This document shows positions 1 through 12,104 of a DNA stretch of 64,000 nt, in pieces. The stretch's first letter is position 1, and each line of letters starts with the position of its first letter. The notes under the pieces are model-generated. The model was not told where the DNA came from and did not search any database. It saw only the letters and a list, made by a program, of their open reading frames with translations. The stretch is from Octopus bimaculoides (Eukaryota): positions 36,933,872 through 36,997,871 of the forward strand of contig NC_069003.1 of the NCBI RefSeq assembly GCF_001194135.2, given 5' to 3'. The position numbers were made by a program, and so were the translations under genes.

Positions 1-464
1 TAACAGGTGAGAGTGAAAATGAGGTTGAAATTCAGTGATGGTTCTGGCAAGCAAAAAAAAAAAAAACATCAGAAACAAAATACCTGAATAGATAAAATAT
101 TGATAAAATAGATAAACTATTGATCTACCAGGTCATGGGTCACAAGTAGTGTATGGCATGGCTGGGTAATGGAGTTTGCTACAATCAATATCGTGACTCG
201 GTAACATTTCAGTACGAATTATTTGCAATTTCTATACAGACACAACACGAAAATAATTTGTGGCTTTGTATCAAAATTGAAATACATTTTGAAAGTTGAG
301 ATTTAGGGAAAAATAAAAACAAACATGAAATATCTTTATTTGCTATGCACAGACTCAAAATTATAGCTCAACTCCAATTGAAATCAACTTTTATTTTCCA
401 ATTAATGAGAAATGGATTTTAAAACCTCGATTTTAGATAAAATAAATAAAATGCATCAAGTTTG

Positions 465-1268
465 ACTTCAGAAGCATGAGAAGTGGTGTGCAAGAGAGAC
501 GAATGCACAGGGATGGTCATGTGTTGTGTATGGATGAGGAGAGCTGTGTGAAGAAGTGTCACACCCTAGCAGTAGAGGGAACCTGTGGAAGAGGTAGACC
601 CAGGAAGACTTAGGATGAAGTGGTGAAGCACGACCTTCGAACGTTGGGCCTCACGGAGGCAATGACAAGTGACCAAGACCTTTTGAGATATGCTGTACTT
701 GAGAAGACCCAGCAAGCCAAGTGAGACTGTAACCATGGTCTATGCCAGTGATGCATTAACTGACTCATTTAAGAGTGCTCTTCAATCATTGGACAATAAA
801 TTGCACTTGCAAAGATCTGTTGAGGCAAGTGAAATCGTTGTTGTGGATGATGCCAGTGCTGCCTGACTGATCTCATGCTGGTAGCACATTTAAAACACCA
901 TTCAAGCATGATCGCTGCCAGTTCCGCCTGACTGGCTCCCATACTGGTGGCAGGTAAAAAGTACCATTCAACCGTGGTTGATGCCTGTACCACCTGACTG
1001 GGTCTGTGACGGTGGCACGTAAAAACCACCATTCGAGCGTGGTCGTTGCCAGTGCCGATTGACTGGCCCTCGTGCCAATGGCATGTAAAAAGCACCCACT
1101 ACACTCTCAGTATGGTTGGCGTTAGGAAGGGCATCCAGCTGTAGTAACTCTGCTAGATCGGACTGGACCCTGGTGCAGCCTTCTGACTAGCCAGCCCGAA
1201 TTCAAACCGTCCAACCCTTGCCAGCATGGAATGCGGACGTTAAACGACGACGATGATGATGACGATAC
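465..1268 (+). mobile_element. 5'-truncated RTE-clade LINE: ORF C-terminus plus 3' UTR and (GAT)n tail
   Basis: About 470-723 reads RSMRSGVQERRMHRDGHVLCMDEESCVKKCHTLAVEGTCGRGRPRKT*DEVVKHDLRTLGLTEAMTSDQDLLRYAVLEKTQQAK*, the typical RTE C-terminus (GRPRKTW with W mutated to stop). The 3' UTR ends in gacgttaaacgacgacgatgatgat. Confidence 0.85.
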
Positions 1269-1721
1269 TAAAATCTTCAATATTGGAGGATATTAGCATG
1301 TCATTACGTCCTTTATCTTTCATAAACCCTATGGTAGACGTAAAACGAAAATAATGCGAGGAAAACAATATTTTCCAGATATTTAGCTGTTATTTCTAGC
1401 ATATCGAGTTTTCTGGTGAGGGTTTCATATTTTGTTGTCTGCTGCTTGAGGAGCAATCTACGCATGCGCAAACGAACATGCAACCGGAGTTTTGTCCCTT
1501 TGAAAAAGTGGTCGGGGGGAGGTTCTCGAAGAAAATTTGAAACTTAAAGAAAAAATATTCTTCAGATTCTCCGTAGTTTTCCACGTGGATTAAAAAAAAA
1601 AAGTTAGAAGAAAGTGAAAAATAAAAAACAAAATTACGATGGGGATAGGCTAAATTAAAAGTTTGAAAGCGTGTTTCTTTCTGGCAAAATCGTGAGAAAA
1701 AAATGAAAAAAAAAAAAAAAA

Positions 1722-2073
1722 NNNNNNNNNNNNNNNNNNNNNNNNNNNNNNNNNNNNNNNNNNNNNNNNNNNNNNNNNNNNNNNNNNNNNNNNNNNNNNN
1801 NNNNNNNNNNNNNNNNNNNNNNNNNNNNNNNNNNNNNNNNNNNNNNNNNNNNNNNNNNNNNNNNNNNNNNNNNNNNNNNNNNNNNNNNNNNNNNNNNNNN
1901 NNNNNNNNNNNNNNNNNNNNNNNNNNNNNNNNNNNNNNNNNNNNNNNNNNNNNNNNNNNNNNNNNNNNNNNNNNNNNNNNNNNNNNNNNNNNNNNNNNNN
2001 NNNNNNNNNNNNNNNNNNNNNNNNNNNNNNNNNNNNNNNNNNNNNNNNNNNNNNNNNNNNNNNNNNNNNNNNN
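1722..2073. other. Assembly gap (N run). Other gaps at about 15934-15943, 18498-18506, 35810-35847, 37397-37596, 41867-41895 and 59244-59662
   Basis: Runs of n in the sequence. Confidence 0.99.
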
Positions 2074-4721
2074 AAAATCCTGCGAGGAAGAAAATCCGAG
2101 ACAAAAAAAGGATCAACGCAATCATAATTTCCATCCTCAAAAATAAAGATTTTTTACTTGTTTCAGTCACTGGATCGCGGTCATGCTGGATGAGCACCAT
2201 GGACGAGTTGGGATCAAACAGATTCCGTTACGTTTTTTTTTTTTTTTAAGTCTGGCAATTATCGAGGTCGGGGTGTAAATACTCGGCCTCTGCCGTGTTA
2301 CCTTCAAAACTTTTTTGACCGTTTCCATTGCCAAACTGCCCAAGGGTGACCCAAGTTCTATTATACAAGTTTGCGGTGCAGGTAAAGAATACGCACACCA
2401 CCCATTTTCAACGTAACCCTGACTCTAAACACCGGTAAGATATATCTTGTTAGTATATAACGGAGGTAAGTTTTACATCATCTGAAAAAGTCATTAGTTG
2501 AACTATTTAGTCCTCTTGCATTCTGGTGGGTATCAGACCTTTTGAGTGACATTCGACCCCCAGCTGACGCCCTTAAATTAAATCTATTTGGGCCACGGTC
2601 GTGGCCTGCGCTTTTCGTGTTAAACAACTGTGAAGATCGCTCTGTGACTTTATACACAACCAAATGAATAAGCAACGAAACACTACAACAATAGATTTGT
2701 AAATAATAAAGAAGGAGAAGAAAGAGAAATATTGGGAAAACATTTGCTTGAAACTTAATGAAGTAATTAATTTGTCTAGTTCATTAAGAGAGTTCGATAG
2801 TAATTTCTGTGTAAAATAACAAACTTACCGCCAAGTGTAGAATCAAGTTTTGTGGTTGACAGAAATGTAATAAAGCGTGGTTGTGAATCAAAGCAGCCGG
2901 TTTAATGAGCAACCGATAAACTTTAGGGCTTTATGTAAATTTCTTATCTCGAGTCACGTCGAGACAGTGGGGGCAAGGAGGTAAGTAACAGCTGATTACA
3001 TTCGCTGACCTGGTTTCGATTCCCGGGTGTGACAAATTTCTTTCACATTCGAAAGCTGATTTTCTGCAGCTTGTTGTCTGAGACTATGATTTTCATTTAG
3101 ATTTACGAGCTTTTTACATATTAAATAAGTTACGAGAATCAGTACATTCTGTGAGGCCCACCTCTGTATATTTGTATTATCAACAAACACCACAAAACAG
3201 AACAACGTTGTACAACAGACAGCAGCAGTGATTTATTCATCAGCATGAATTGGATGTGGAGAAATTGCTGGCCAGAGGAGAAACAAATCTGGCCGAACCG
3301 AATATATTTTCGTTAATCTTACGACTCTTTTTGTTACATCACTTCTATTACAAAATAGTCATTAAAAATTGGGTTGTCTCCCCACTAAAAAAATGTGGCG
3401 ACAAGAGACTGGATTGAAAGAGATCTTTCTGATTCAATAATTCAACACATTGTTGATGTTTGGCCTCCTCAATAGGAATGGTATGGTGTTTTTGTTTGGC
3501 AAAATAATTGACAATTAATTGCAATAATTGATTGGCCTATACCCCGATTAAAATTAAATGATTGGAAAGGTTCCAATCAATTATTTACACCGGTGGCGGT
3601 GGAGGTGCGTCTGTGTTAGTTTGGATTATTTTGGATGTAAAAAGAGTTGACTTGCAATGCTATTATCTTACCACATTTATCTGTTTTATATGAAAACCAG
3701 AAACTAATGAACGGATTGAAGCCCCACCCCACCCCCACCCTTATTCATGATATTTACCAGACAGATAAAATGTTGTAGATGAGGTATGGACTGGACCGTT
3801 CAACAGGATCCAGTGAGTCAAATGACTGTGTCAAGCTTTAATATCTTTCTTTGGCATAATTTCTATGACAAGATCCTTTCTTAACACCAATGGCTGTTCA
3901 GAATGTATTCAGTGCTTTTTACCAACACTAATGAGGTTACTATGGAACTCCCAAGACTAAAAAGCTGCCTGGAAGTCTCGTAGAGAGAGGGGCACCAGCT
4001 TTATGCTAGGTGCTGAGGGTGACAAAAGCATGTAAATGTATAAAAGAGTGCAGCAAGCCTTGTCCTGGATGAAGAATTTGGAGTTTAAGTTTAAATCCTT
4101 GAGCATTACAAGCTTTTCTATACTGAACTTATCCAGCTCTCACCTGCTGTCTGTATCGTCGCCCTTCATAATGCCGACCACCTTACAGGGTGTACTGGGG
4201 GCTTTTTATGTGGCACCAGCATTAGAGCTTTTTATGTGACACCATATGCATGTATATATCTATGTACATATGTACATACGTATGTATGTATGTAACACTT
4301 CTCCCTGGACCAACTTCAGCAGGATGATCAAAAGTTGAACCTTTTTCATGGAACAACTTCAACAGCAAAACATTGCAGAATATAAAATGGCAGAAGAAGT
4401 AAAAACAACCAAAATCATTTCAATTTTAAGTTTTATTTATTTTCACTTTTATTTCTTGACTGTCAAGGTTTTTGATTCAGCAAAGAATGGTGTAATTCTT
4501 TAACTCTTCACCTCTTTATTTAGTTATTGCTATTTTCACTCTGAAATACGATGTTAAGCTCTCAGCTCAGCTCAGCTGTTCTGTGCTATTTACACATCTT
4601 TCTCTGAGACAAGCAGAGATTTTCATATAAGTCACTTCAAACAGGATGATCAGGAGATTTTACCTCTCCTTGGGGTTGATTGTGGTGCCATGCCCATATT
4701 AGGAACATATATCCTTTTGCC

Positions 4722-4960
4722 ATGGTCGTTGTGGTTATGAAGTGAAAAGCAAAATCATTTGAGTATCGGATAAAATGACAAGTGGTGTTTCTTCTGAATT
4801 ATTACATTTTGTGTTCAAATTCCACTGGAGCTAACTTTGCCTCTCATCCTTCTGGGGTTGATATAATAAAGTACCAGTCAAGAAATAGGGGTCAATGTAA
4901 ATGTCTTGCCTTTCCCTAAAATTGCCGGCTTTGTGCCAAAATTAGAAAGAATTATTATGA
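4722..4960 (+). mobile_element. tRNA-derived SINE, probably within the DHRS11-like 3' UTR (antisense to the gene)
   Basis: ttcaaattcc B-box-like motif followed by the body actttgcctctcatccttctggggttgat...aagtaccagt, homologous to the reverse complement of 8805-8990 and 11904-12104. Confidence 0.75.
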
Positions 4961-5036
4961 AGTGAAATACATAAATGCCATAACTTCTCATTTAGCCTTA
5001 GTTTTCTGAGACCCTTGTAGCTGATACAAGAAAGTC

Positions 5037-5966
5037 TTATGCTGTTAAATCACAGGAAATTTTGGGCCGTTGTTCAGTTGACTTCAATAAGATATCATTG
5101 ACCTATAATGGAGGCAAAGAGACAAGATAACAATTTAACAGGTCATAAAAAAACATTAGAAAAGAGATACGAGATATATATATATGTTCTTGTATATAAT
5201 ATAATGCAAACATAAAAGTATCATTACAGGTGACAATAATGCAATCACTGTGTTGCAGGAAATTGACCTGTTTATGGACATATTTGAAGTATCAACAACA
5301 TACCTCACAATGCTTGGGTGTCTGTAGGGTGAAGACAACAGCATCTGCGATATCCTGCGGTTCAAGAACCTATGAATATTGAAAAAAGAATGGATTATAC
5401 TGTATCGTTACAATTTTGTTTCAATAAAAGATTTTATTGCATTGAACCATCATAGAGGCAAATATATATGACAAACAGCATGAATAAGATTTTGCCAAAA
5501 CACATCAGGGAACCTTTCAGTTCTTTAGGCTGTAACATGTTGCATGAGAGCAACTGCTGACGTGCTGCTGGATACTCTTGGAGTTTGGAGTAGCAAACAC
5601 AAGTGAACTTCTTGTGTTGATTATCTGCCGATTTGTGTTTAACCATTTAGCCAATTATATTGTTTTTATTGTAAGTAGGACTTTACATTTGTATAATCTT
5701 GATTTGTATTGATATATTTATATATTTTTAATGTAATTATGAATTTATATATTTTTATTGTACAATTTTGTGCGCATAATATCTTTATAACGGAATATAT
5801 TTTATGAAATGCGTATTTGTAACCTGTCTTCTGTTTCTCATCATTATTTTTCCTATTTCTCCAATGGCTCAAATGTCTTGGGTGCTTCAGTGCGTCTTCT
5901 ATATATAGAGAGAATTTATCTCTAAAAAATAAATTACACACACACACAAATATAATGTGTATAAAA

Positions 5967-5997
<31 letters not shown>

Positions 5998-8490
5998 CAT
6001 GTATATAAGGAAAAAACATTGCTCAAACCTTGATTTTCTTAAACATGTATGTGACCAAATCATGTTTATCAGGATAGAGGCGGTATTGAAACTCTGACTC
6101 CACAATACCAGGGGATATGGCCTGTAGAAGACAATAATGTACAAGCAGAGTGAGTGTATATCCAACAGGTCCAATGTGGTGTATATGTCACTAATATGTT
6201 CTTCCATACAACTCATATCTATATTCTGAATGATGTATAAACATCCTATATACTGTCATTTGAACATGAACAGAGTTAGTGTAAGGTGTGTATACTCCAT
6301 AACTTGTTGTCATGAGTAGACTCATGACTTAAGACATTCCAGCCAGGCCCATCATCTCTTTGATTTTCTTAAAACTTCATGCTTTGTTCATCTTTCACAT
6401 CCTACAACTTGCCGTTATAACAACAAATTTTAATCGTTACAACTGCTGACTCCGACATTTCATATTATTGTTTACTAATTAACATCTCCCATTACAAATG
6501 GTGACCCTCAACTTCAATTAAAATCTTAACCGTTACACATATAAATATCAACAGAAAAATACAATTCTCAGAACTTACTGTAACTTTGATATCAGACTTG
6601 AGACGGCGCAGTTCATTCCTAAGCCCCGTTACTAGTGAAGTGATGGCAAATTTGGTTGCAGAAAAGAAGTGCACTTCTGGTAAGTCAATCACTCTATGGC
6701 CTGATAAGCTGCAATACCAAATCAACATAAAGAAATGTTTGTGTGCATGCAATGGAAATTTTGACACCATATAACAAACAATAAATGTTTAAGTGAAGTT
6801 AACAGTCTTTGTGTGTTACTGAATGGTTAACTTTTGTCTTCCACACTAAAATTGGTTTATATATATTTATATCTAAATATCATGTAACCGATCGAATTAT
6901 CGGATGTTGTTACACATCGCTGGTCAGAAAATTACAGACAATTAATAAATTACAGAAGCATTTAATGCGTGCGTGCATGCATGCATGTTGCAGAGAGAAC
7001 GTCTTCACCTGAGGCAAAGCTGTGTATAATTTATAAAGAATGCTCGTTTACAGTCAGGAATGTCTCTTTACAGTGCATATAGTGTTCGTTTGCAGGGTGT
7101 ATAGTATTTGTCTAGAGGGAGTTTTTTGTCCTTATTGTGTAGATAGTGATTGTCTCTACTGACCTGTTAATGTAGATCACATGACCATCGTTGATCTCAT
7201 GTTCCTGCATTGACTTAACGGCTTCTCTTGTGCAGATGCTGGGAGCCAATACATTCACCTGTTGAAAACACATATTAACCAAGATATTAAAGATGGAGAG
7301 AACTTGTGTGTATGTGTGTGCACACAAACGCGTGTAGCTTATATACATACATACATACACACATATATATACGTGGGTGGTCTAAAAATCCATAAGTCAG
7401 GAAAAAGATGCGCTCATATATCTGTGGGTATATTATCCGAAGTGTACAATGTTATATATCCATCATCTCCAATCTTACGAATCGGTTTCACACTAGGGGT
7501 TCAATCGAGTGTTAGGTAACAATCTGATTATATAACCCTACGCTCATCAGAGGTAGCCGACATGGAATGAAATATGGTTTATTCCAGACTTGTGGTTTCA
7601 ATGCATTTTGCTTTTGTATATCAACTTTTGTTAGTTCCTTGTAAATTTTTCTTTGAGATAAGGGTGGTTCATTGGTAGAGTTTGTGTTGTTGGTTCTTAT
7701 CACTAGAGTATCTTTAAGGAGAATCTCTTGTATGTGGATATCATCACTGCTTTATCTAAAGTGGTCAAAACTGTGTTCAGTTTTGAGATAAATAAATTGA
7801 ACTGACAAAATATTTCTGTGAGAAGTTTCTCCGTGTTTCTGATATCTCTCGATTGTTATTTCATTCGTTCTGACATTTTGTACATCCGAATAGATATGAA
7901 TGGATTATCTGAAGTGTTGCACAGATTTCATATATTAAGAAACAGTTGAGGAGAAAGAATGGAGGAAAGAGGGAGGGAGGAAGTGGAGAAACCACTTACA
8001 TTGAACATCTCCCGCCATTTGTTAGTGTCCCCAGTAAGCAATGGCTCGGCGTGGGCCAGTCCTGCATTGTTGATGCACACATCCACTCCTCCATAATGGG
8101 ATTTGATGGTCCCAAACATGGACAGGATGTCAGACTCATTGTTGAGGTCACATTTCACAGCCAACAAGGAACCTGCTTCACCTTTCAGTTCATCAGAGAT
8201 TTCCTGCGATAGATTAGCAACAGAAAACACTTAATTAACATTGGATAACAGATTTTGATTAAGCAAAAATGGAAAGCAATAACCCAGTTTTTTAATGGGG
8301 GTGAGGTAACCAAAAAGTACCAAAATTTTTTTCCTTTTTAAAAAAGTTAAAACCAAACCTCAATATGCTGCACATTTCTTGCACATCCAACAACATTCAT
8401 ACCACTCTTCACCAAATTCCTACAGATGGCTGCACCAATGCCAGTGGAAGCACCAGTAACTAGAGCTGTTCGTTTAATCCATCGTTCCAT
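5037..8490 (-). CDS. DHRS11: Dehydrogenase/reductase SDR family member 11-like, 261 aa, catalytic Tyr replaced by Phe
   Basis: complement(join(5037..5102,5304..5369,6029..6121,6579..6708,7164..7258,8000..8203,8359..8490)); all introns GT-AG with consistent phases. MERWIKRTALVTGASTGIGAAIC (TGxxxGxG), GGVDVCINNAG, YINSLSGHRV, HFFSATKFA, AISPGIVESEF, LEPQDIADAVVFTLQTPKHCEVNDILLKSTEQ. An acceptor at 8498-8499 implies an upstream non-coding exon. Confidence 0.93.
7461..7560 (-). ncRNA. Decayed hammerhead-ribozyme-like motif in DHRS11-like intron 2 (Penelope-like context possible)
   Basis: Minus strand: CTGATGA (7550-7544), long pairable stem II, GAAA (7489-7486), ccgattc-GTA. Stem I pairs poorly. 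Confidence 0.4.
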
Positions 8491-8804
8491 GGTTGAGCTG
8501 AGAGTTTGGTGAGGCACAAGAATAAGAAAATTAAATCATTTTGATGTAGGATTTGATGACGGACTATTTAGGAAAAAAACAAGAGAATTAGTGGGGAGGG
8601 GTACATATTTGAATGGGTGAGGAGGAAAGAGAGAGAGAGAGGATGAGAAGGAAGAAGTGAGATATTAGAAGGTAAATGTGTCGATCTTCCTTTACCATTT
8701 TTGCTCTAAATAACAACAACAATAAATTCTTCAAATTATTGGTACAAGACCAGCATGCCGATGATTCTGCCAGCTCACTGCCTTATTTATAATAATAATA
8801 ATAA

Positions 8805-8990
8805 TAATAATCCTTTCTACTCTAGGCACAAAGTCTGAAATTTGAGGGGAGGGGACTAGTCAATTAAATCAACCTCAGTATTCAACTGGTACTCATTTCA
8901 TTGACCCCAAAAGGATGAAAGGCAAAGTCAACCTCAGCAGAAATTGAACTCAGAATGTAGCAACGGGCGAAATACTACTAAGAATTTTAT
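8805..8990 (-). mobile_element. tRNA-derived SINE with (TAA)n tail
   Basis: cctttctactctaggcacaaag...ggtactcatttcattgaccccaaaaggatgaaaggcaaagtcaacctcagcagaaattgaactcag; same family as 4722-4960 and 11904-12104. Confidence 0.8.
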
Positions 8991-9530
8991 TGGGTAGTCA
9001 CAAGTGAGTTTGGATTTGTGAGATGGGATATGAGGGAAGATTTGGCAGCTATTTCTAGCAGGTGAAGAATGATCATGTAGCAGATATTTTCTATGGGACC
9101 GCTATGCATGATTAACGGGAAATTCTTGAAAAATTTGAGAAAGTTTAATGCATTTTGCTGATGCAGTGCATGTGACAAAGTGTGTGTGTGTGTGTGTATG
9201 TAGTGAATGCACATGGTTTTGTGGTTGGGGGAATCAGCTCTCAACGGTAAGGTCGTTAGTTTGACTTCTGGAGGCATGTAATGTCCTTGAGCACAACATT
9301 CCATGTCGCTCCACTCGTTTGACAAAAAATGAGTTGTACCTGAGATAAAAAGGTAAAAAATGATAATAATAATAATAGAGTTTTGCTTCTTGGTTTGTGA
9401 GAACAACATAGCATGACAGCTGAGAATGGCTAGAAGAGGAACATATATTTGAATAGCAAAGTAAATTTTATGATTAGAAAATTGTTATTTTTAAATCTCA
9501 CAACGAGAGATATTCAGTGACAATACTTTG

Positions 9531-9746
9531 GAGTAAAGATTGTTTGCCAATATAACATGGCAGTCCTGGAAATACATAGATATGGTTTTGAGCAGGGTGG
9601 TGGGTGCTAGATTCGCTTGTTCGAAAATATAAGGACACAGATTGTGTCGTATAGCCAGCTGGAGACGGTGTCTCCTGGGGCTAAATTACAGCAACATCAG
9701 TTCAAAACCAGGACTGCCATGTTATGTTGGCAAACAATCTTTACTC
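9531..9746. mobile_element. MITE-like element with 39-bp terminal inverted repeats
   Basis: 9531-9569 gagtaaagattgtttgccaatataacatggcagtcctgg is the reverse complement of 9708-9746 with one mismatch; no ORF; partial second copy at 61476-61610. Confidence 0.8.
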
Positions 9747-10289
9747 TAAATTTTATGATGTTTGAAACTACATTTTCTTTTTAAAAAATATATATATTCT
9801 ACTTACAAGGGAAAAATACAGAAGTATACTTTGTGTGTACAAAATATTTCGTGTGTCAGCTGCAGAAATCTCAATAAAAGAAAGACAGTTTTTGTTTTCC
9901 TGTGTTTATGACCTGAAATTACCAGACCAAGTAAGAAAGAAAACAAGTCTTTCTCTTTCACACAATTCAATTTTGTCAATGCATTTAGCATGCCAATTAA
10001 TTACGCACACACACATCTGTGTGTGTGTGTGTGTATGGTCTGTATGTATTCAAAACCTGTTTTAGAGAGTTATGTAATCAACATCAAGCAAAGACATACC
10101 CTATGTATGTATGTATATACATGTATATATATACATATTTCTAGTTGTTGCTTTTTTCGTAAATTCACCCATATATATATATACATTTACACATGCGTAT
10201 ATGTGTGTGTGTATATATATATATATACACACATGCATAAACATGTATATATACATGCACACACGTGTGTGTGTATCTTTTACCTTTTG

Positions 10290-10630
10290 CTTGTTTCTGT
10301 CATTGGACTGTGGCCATGCTGGGGCACTGCTTTTAAGAGCTTTAACTCAAACAGTACTTATACTTTGTTTTTAAGTCAGATATGTATTCTATCAGTCTCT
10401 TTAGCCAGTCTGCTCAGTTACAAGGTCACAAATAAATGAATACCAGGGCATCAAGTGGTGATGGGTGGTAACAACCACACATGCATAGATTTGTGCATGC
10501 GTGTATTTATATGATGGGCTTCGATACAGTTTCCATGTACCAGATTTATTCACAAGGCATTAATTGATCTGGGCTTATAATTGAAAACCCATGTCCAAGT
10601 CGCCAAGCAGTGGGTCTGAACTCAAAACCA
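10290..10630 (-). mobile_element. tRNA-derived SINE
   Basis: cttgtttctgtcattggactgtggccatgctggggcactgc tail through ccaagcagtgggtctgaactcaaaacc head, the dominant SINE of the window. Confidence 0.75.
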
Positions 10631-10801
10631 GAGAGTTGCAAAGCAGCGTTCGTTTCCTGGATAATCTCATCCTTAAACGATGTGGGATATCCATGTACCT
10701 TCTCTGTAGCAAGATATCTCCATCTCTGTCGGTCTTTGACCTAAAGCTACCTCTCCACCATTTCAAATACCTCACCACCACTTAATCGATCAGGTCATCC
10801 C

Positions 10802-11395
10802 ATTAAGTTCTGTTCAAATTTTGAATAAAGAAAACAAGTGATCAAATGTTATATTTAATTGAAATTTAATCATCAATGACTTCCTTCCATCTATTTACAA
10901 GCTTTTTAATCCCATCAATGTAAAACTCTTTCAAAGCAAAGAACTCTGAAATGTCAGTTTTGACCTCCTCCTGGCTTGCGAAAGTTATGTCCCCCAAATG
11001 ATTCTGTAAACTACGAAACAAATGGTGGTCTGAAGGAGCAAGGTCGGGAGAATAAGGTGGATGAGCAATTTTTTCCCAACAAAAGCTCTTTGATCTTCTG
11101 TGATGTGATCAATCCCACCAGATAGAGAGAAGAACCTTTTTCCCATGAAGTTCCCTTCTCGGATGTGGTTGAGCTTTTTCCCTTTTACCAAACCAGTTTA
11201 CGTTTAACATTTCGATAGAAGATCCATTTTTCGTCACAAGTCTATCCAAAAAGGGTGAAATGAGTTCGGGAGAATGGAGAGAAGATCAGATGCCAACTCA
11301 GGATTTGTGGTTGCTTTCGGACAATTCATGAGGCTCCCATTTTCCAAGTTGTTGAAGATGATGTATTATGTAGCTGCTATACAGTTTCATACTAT
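10802..11395 (-). mobile_element. Internally deleted mariner transposon relic
   Basis: Minus frames give AHPPYSPDLAPSDHHLFRSLQNHLGDITFASQEEVKTDISEFFALKEFYIDGIKKLVNRWKEVID (mariner YSPDLAPSD motif) and, upstream, PFLDRLVT and KAQPHPRRELHGKKVLLSIWWD-like text with frameshifts. Confidence 0.85.
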
Positions 11396-11903
11396 AGTTA
11401 CTGTTATCTTGCTAGTCTCACTAATTGAACTGTGGCCATACTGGGGCACTGCATTCTATGATCTAGTCAACTCAATTCTAGTTCTTTTGATTCGTTTTCA
11501 TTTTGTCGACTTTGTAAGGGCAAAGAACAAAATATCACGTGTGTGTACACAGGATGTTGCTGCCACATCTATTGAAGGGAGGCTAATATTAAAAGAAGCA
11601 ATGAGGAAATAACCATTTCCATTTCTTTCTCTGACTATTTAAACTCTTCAAAATGGATCGATAGTTTCTGGTTATCATAATCCGAGCAAATATAATTTCT
11701 CATTGGAAAAAAAAAGACAACGAAGGTACCTCTATGCTATCATTTAAAATAGCAGCCAAATTGCCTTCATATCATATCGTTAAATAGAAACACTGGATTA
11801 AGGAAACCGAGATACTGAAAACGTTGTTCGCAGTGATGAATAGAACGTTTTTGGGTGTTAAATCAGTGGAGGCGATTATTGTTCATTCTCAAGACCAATA
11901 AAA

Positions 11904-12104
11904 TGTAACGCTTTCTACTCTAGACACAAGGCCAGCAATTTCGAGGGAGGGGGTAAGTTGATTACATCGATCCTCAGTGCACAACTGATAATTATTTTAT
12001 CGACTCTGAAAAGATGAAAAGTAAAATCGATCCCAGCAAAATTTGAACTTGGGAACCTAAAGACGTACGAAATGCCGGTTAGCATTTTGCCAACTCGTCG
12101 CCTT
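11904..12104 (-). mobile_element. tRNA-derived SINE flanked by a 13-bp target-site duplication
   Basis: aagaccaataaaa at 11891-11903 and 12105-12117 flanks a copy homologous to 8805-8990. Confidence 0.8.

Noticed and set aside
1-38. Possible terminal exon (taacag|GT GAG AGT GAA AAT GAG GTT GAA ATT CAG TGA) of an upstream gene
   Set aside because: The same bases read equally well as a donor (CAG|GTGAGA); too short and no upstream context.
1655-2200. ORFs over 140 aa spanning N runs (also 37374-37646, 59154-59735)
   Set aside because: Artefacts of assembly gaps.
3005-3035. ggtttcgattcccgggtgtgac as a tRNA gene
   Set aside because: Only a T-loop/B-box-like piece; no D-arm or acceptor stem.
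9990-10439. Long ORFs rich in Y/I/H/T/C/V (also 47370-48286, 55657-55937)
   Set aside because: Translations of (CA)n, (TA)n and (CT)n microsatellites.
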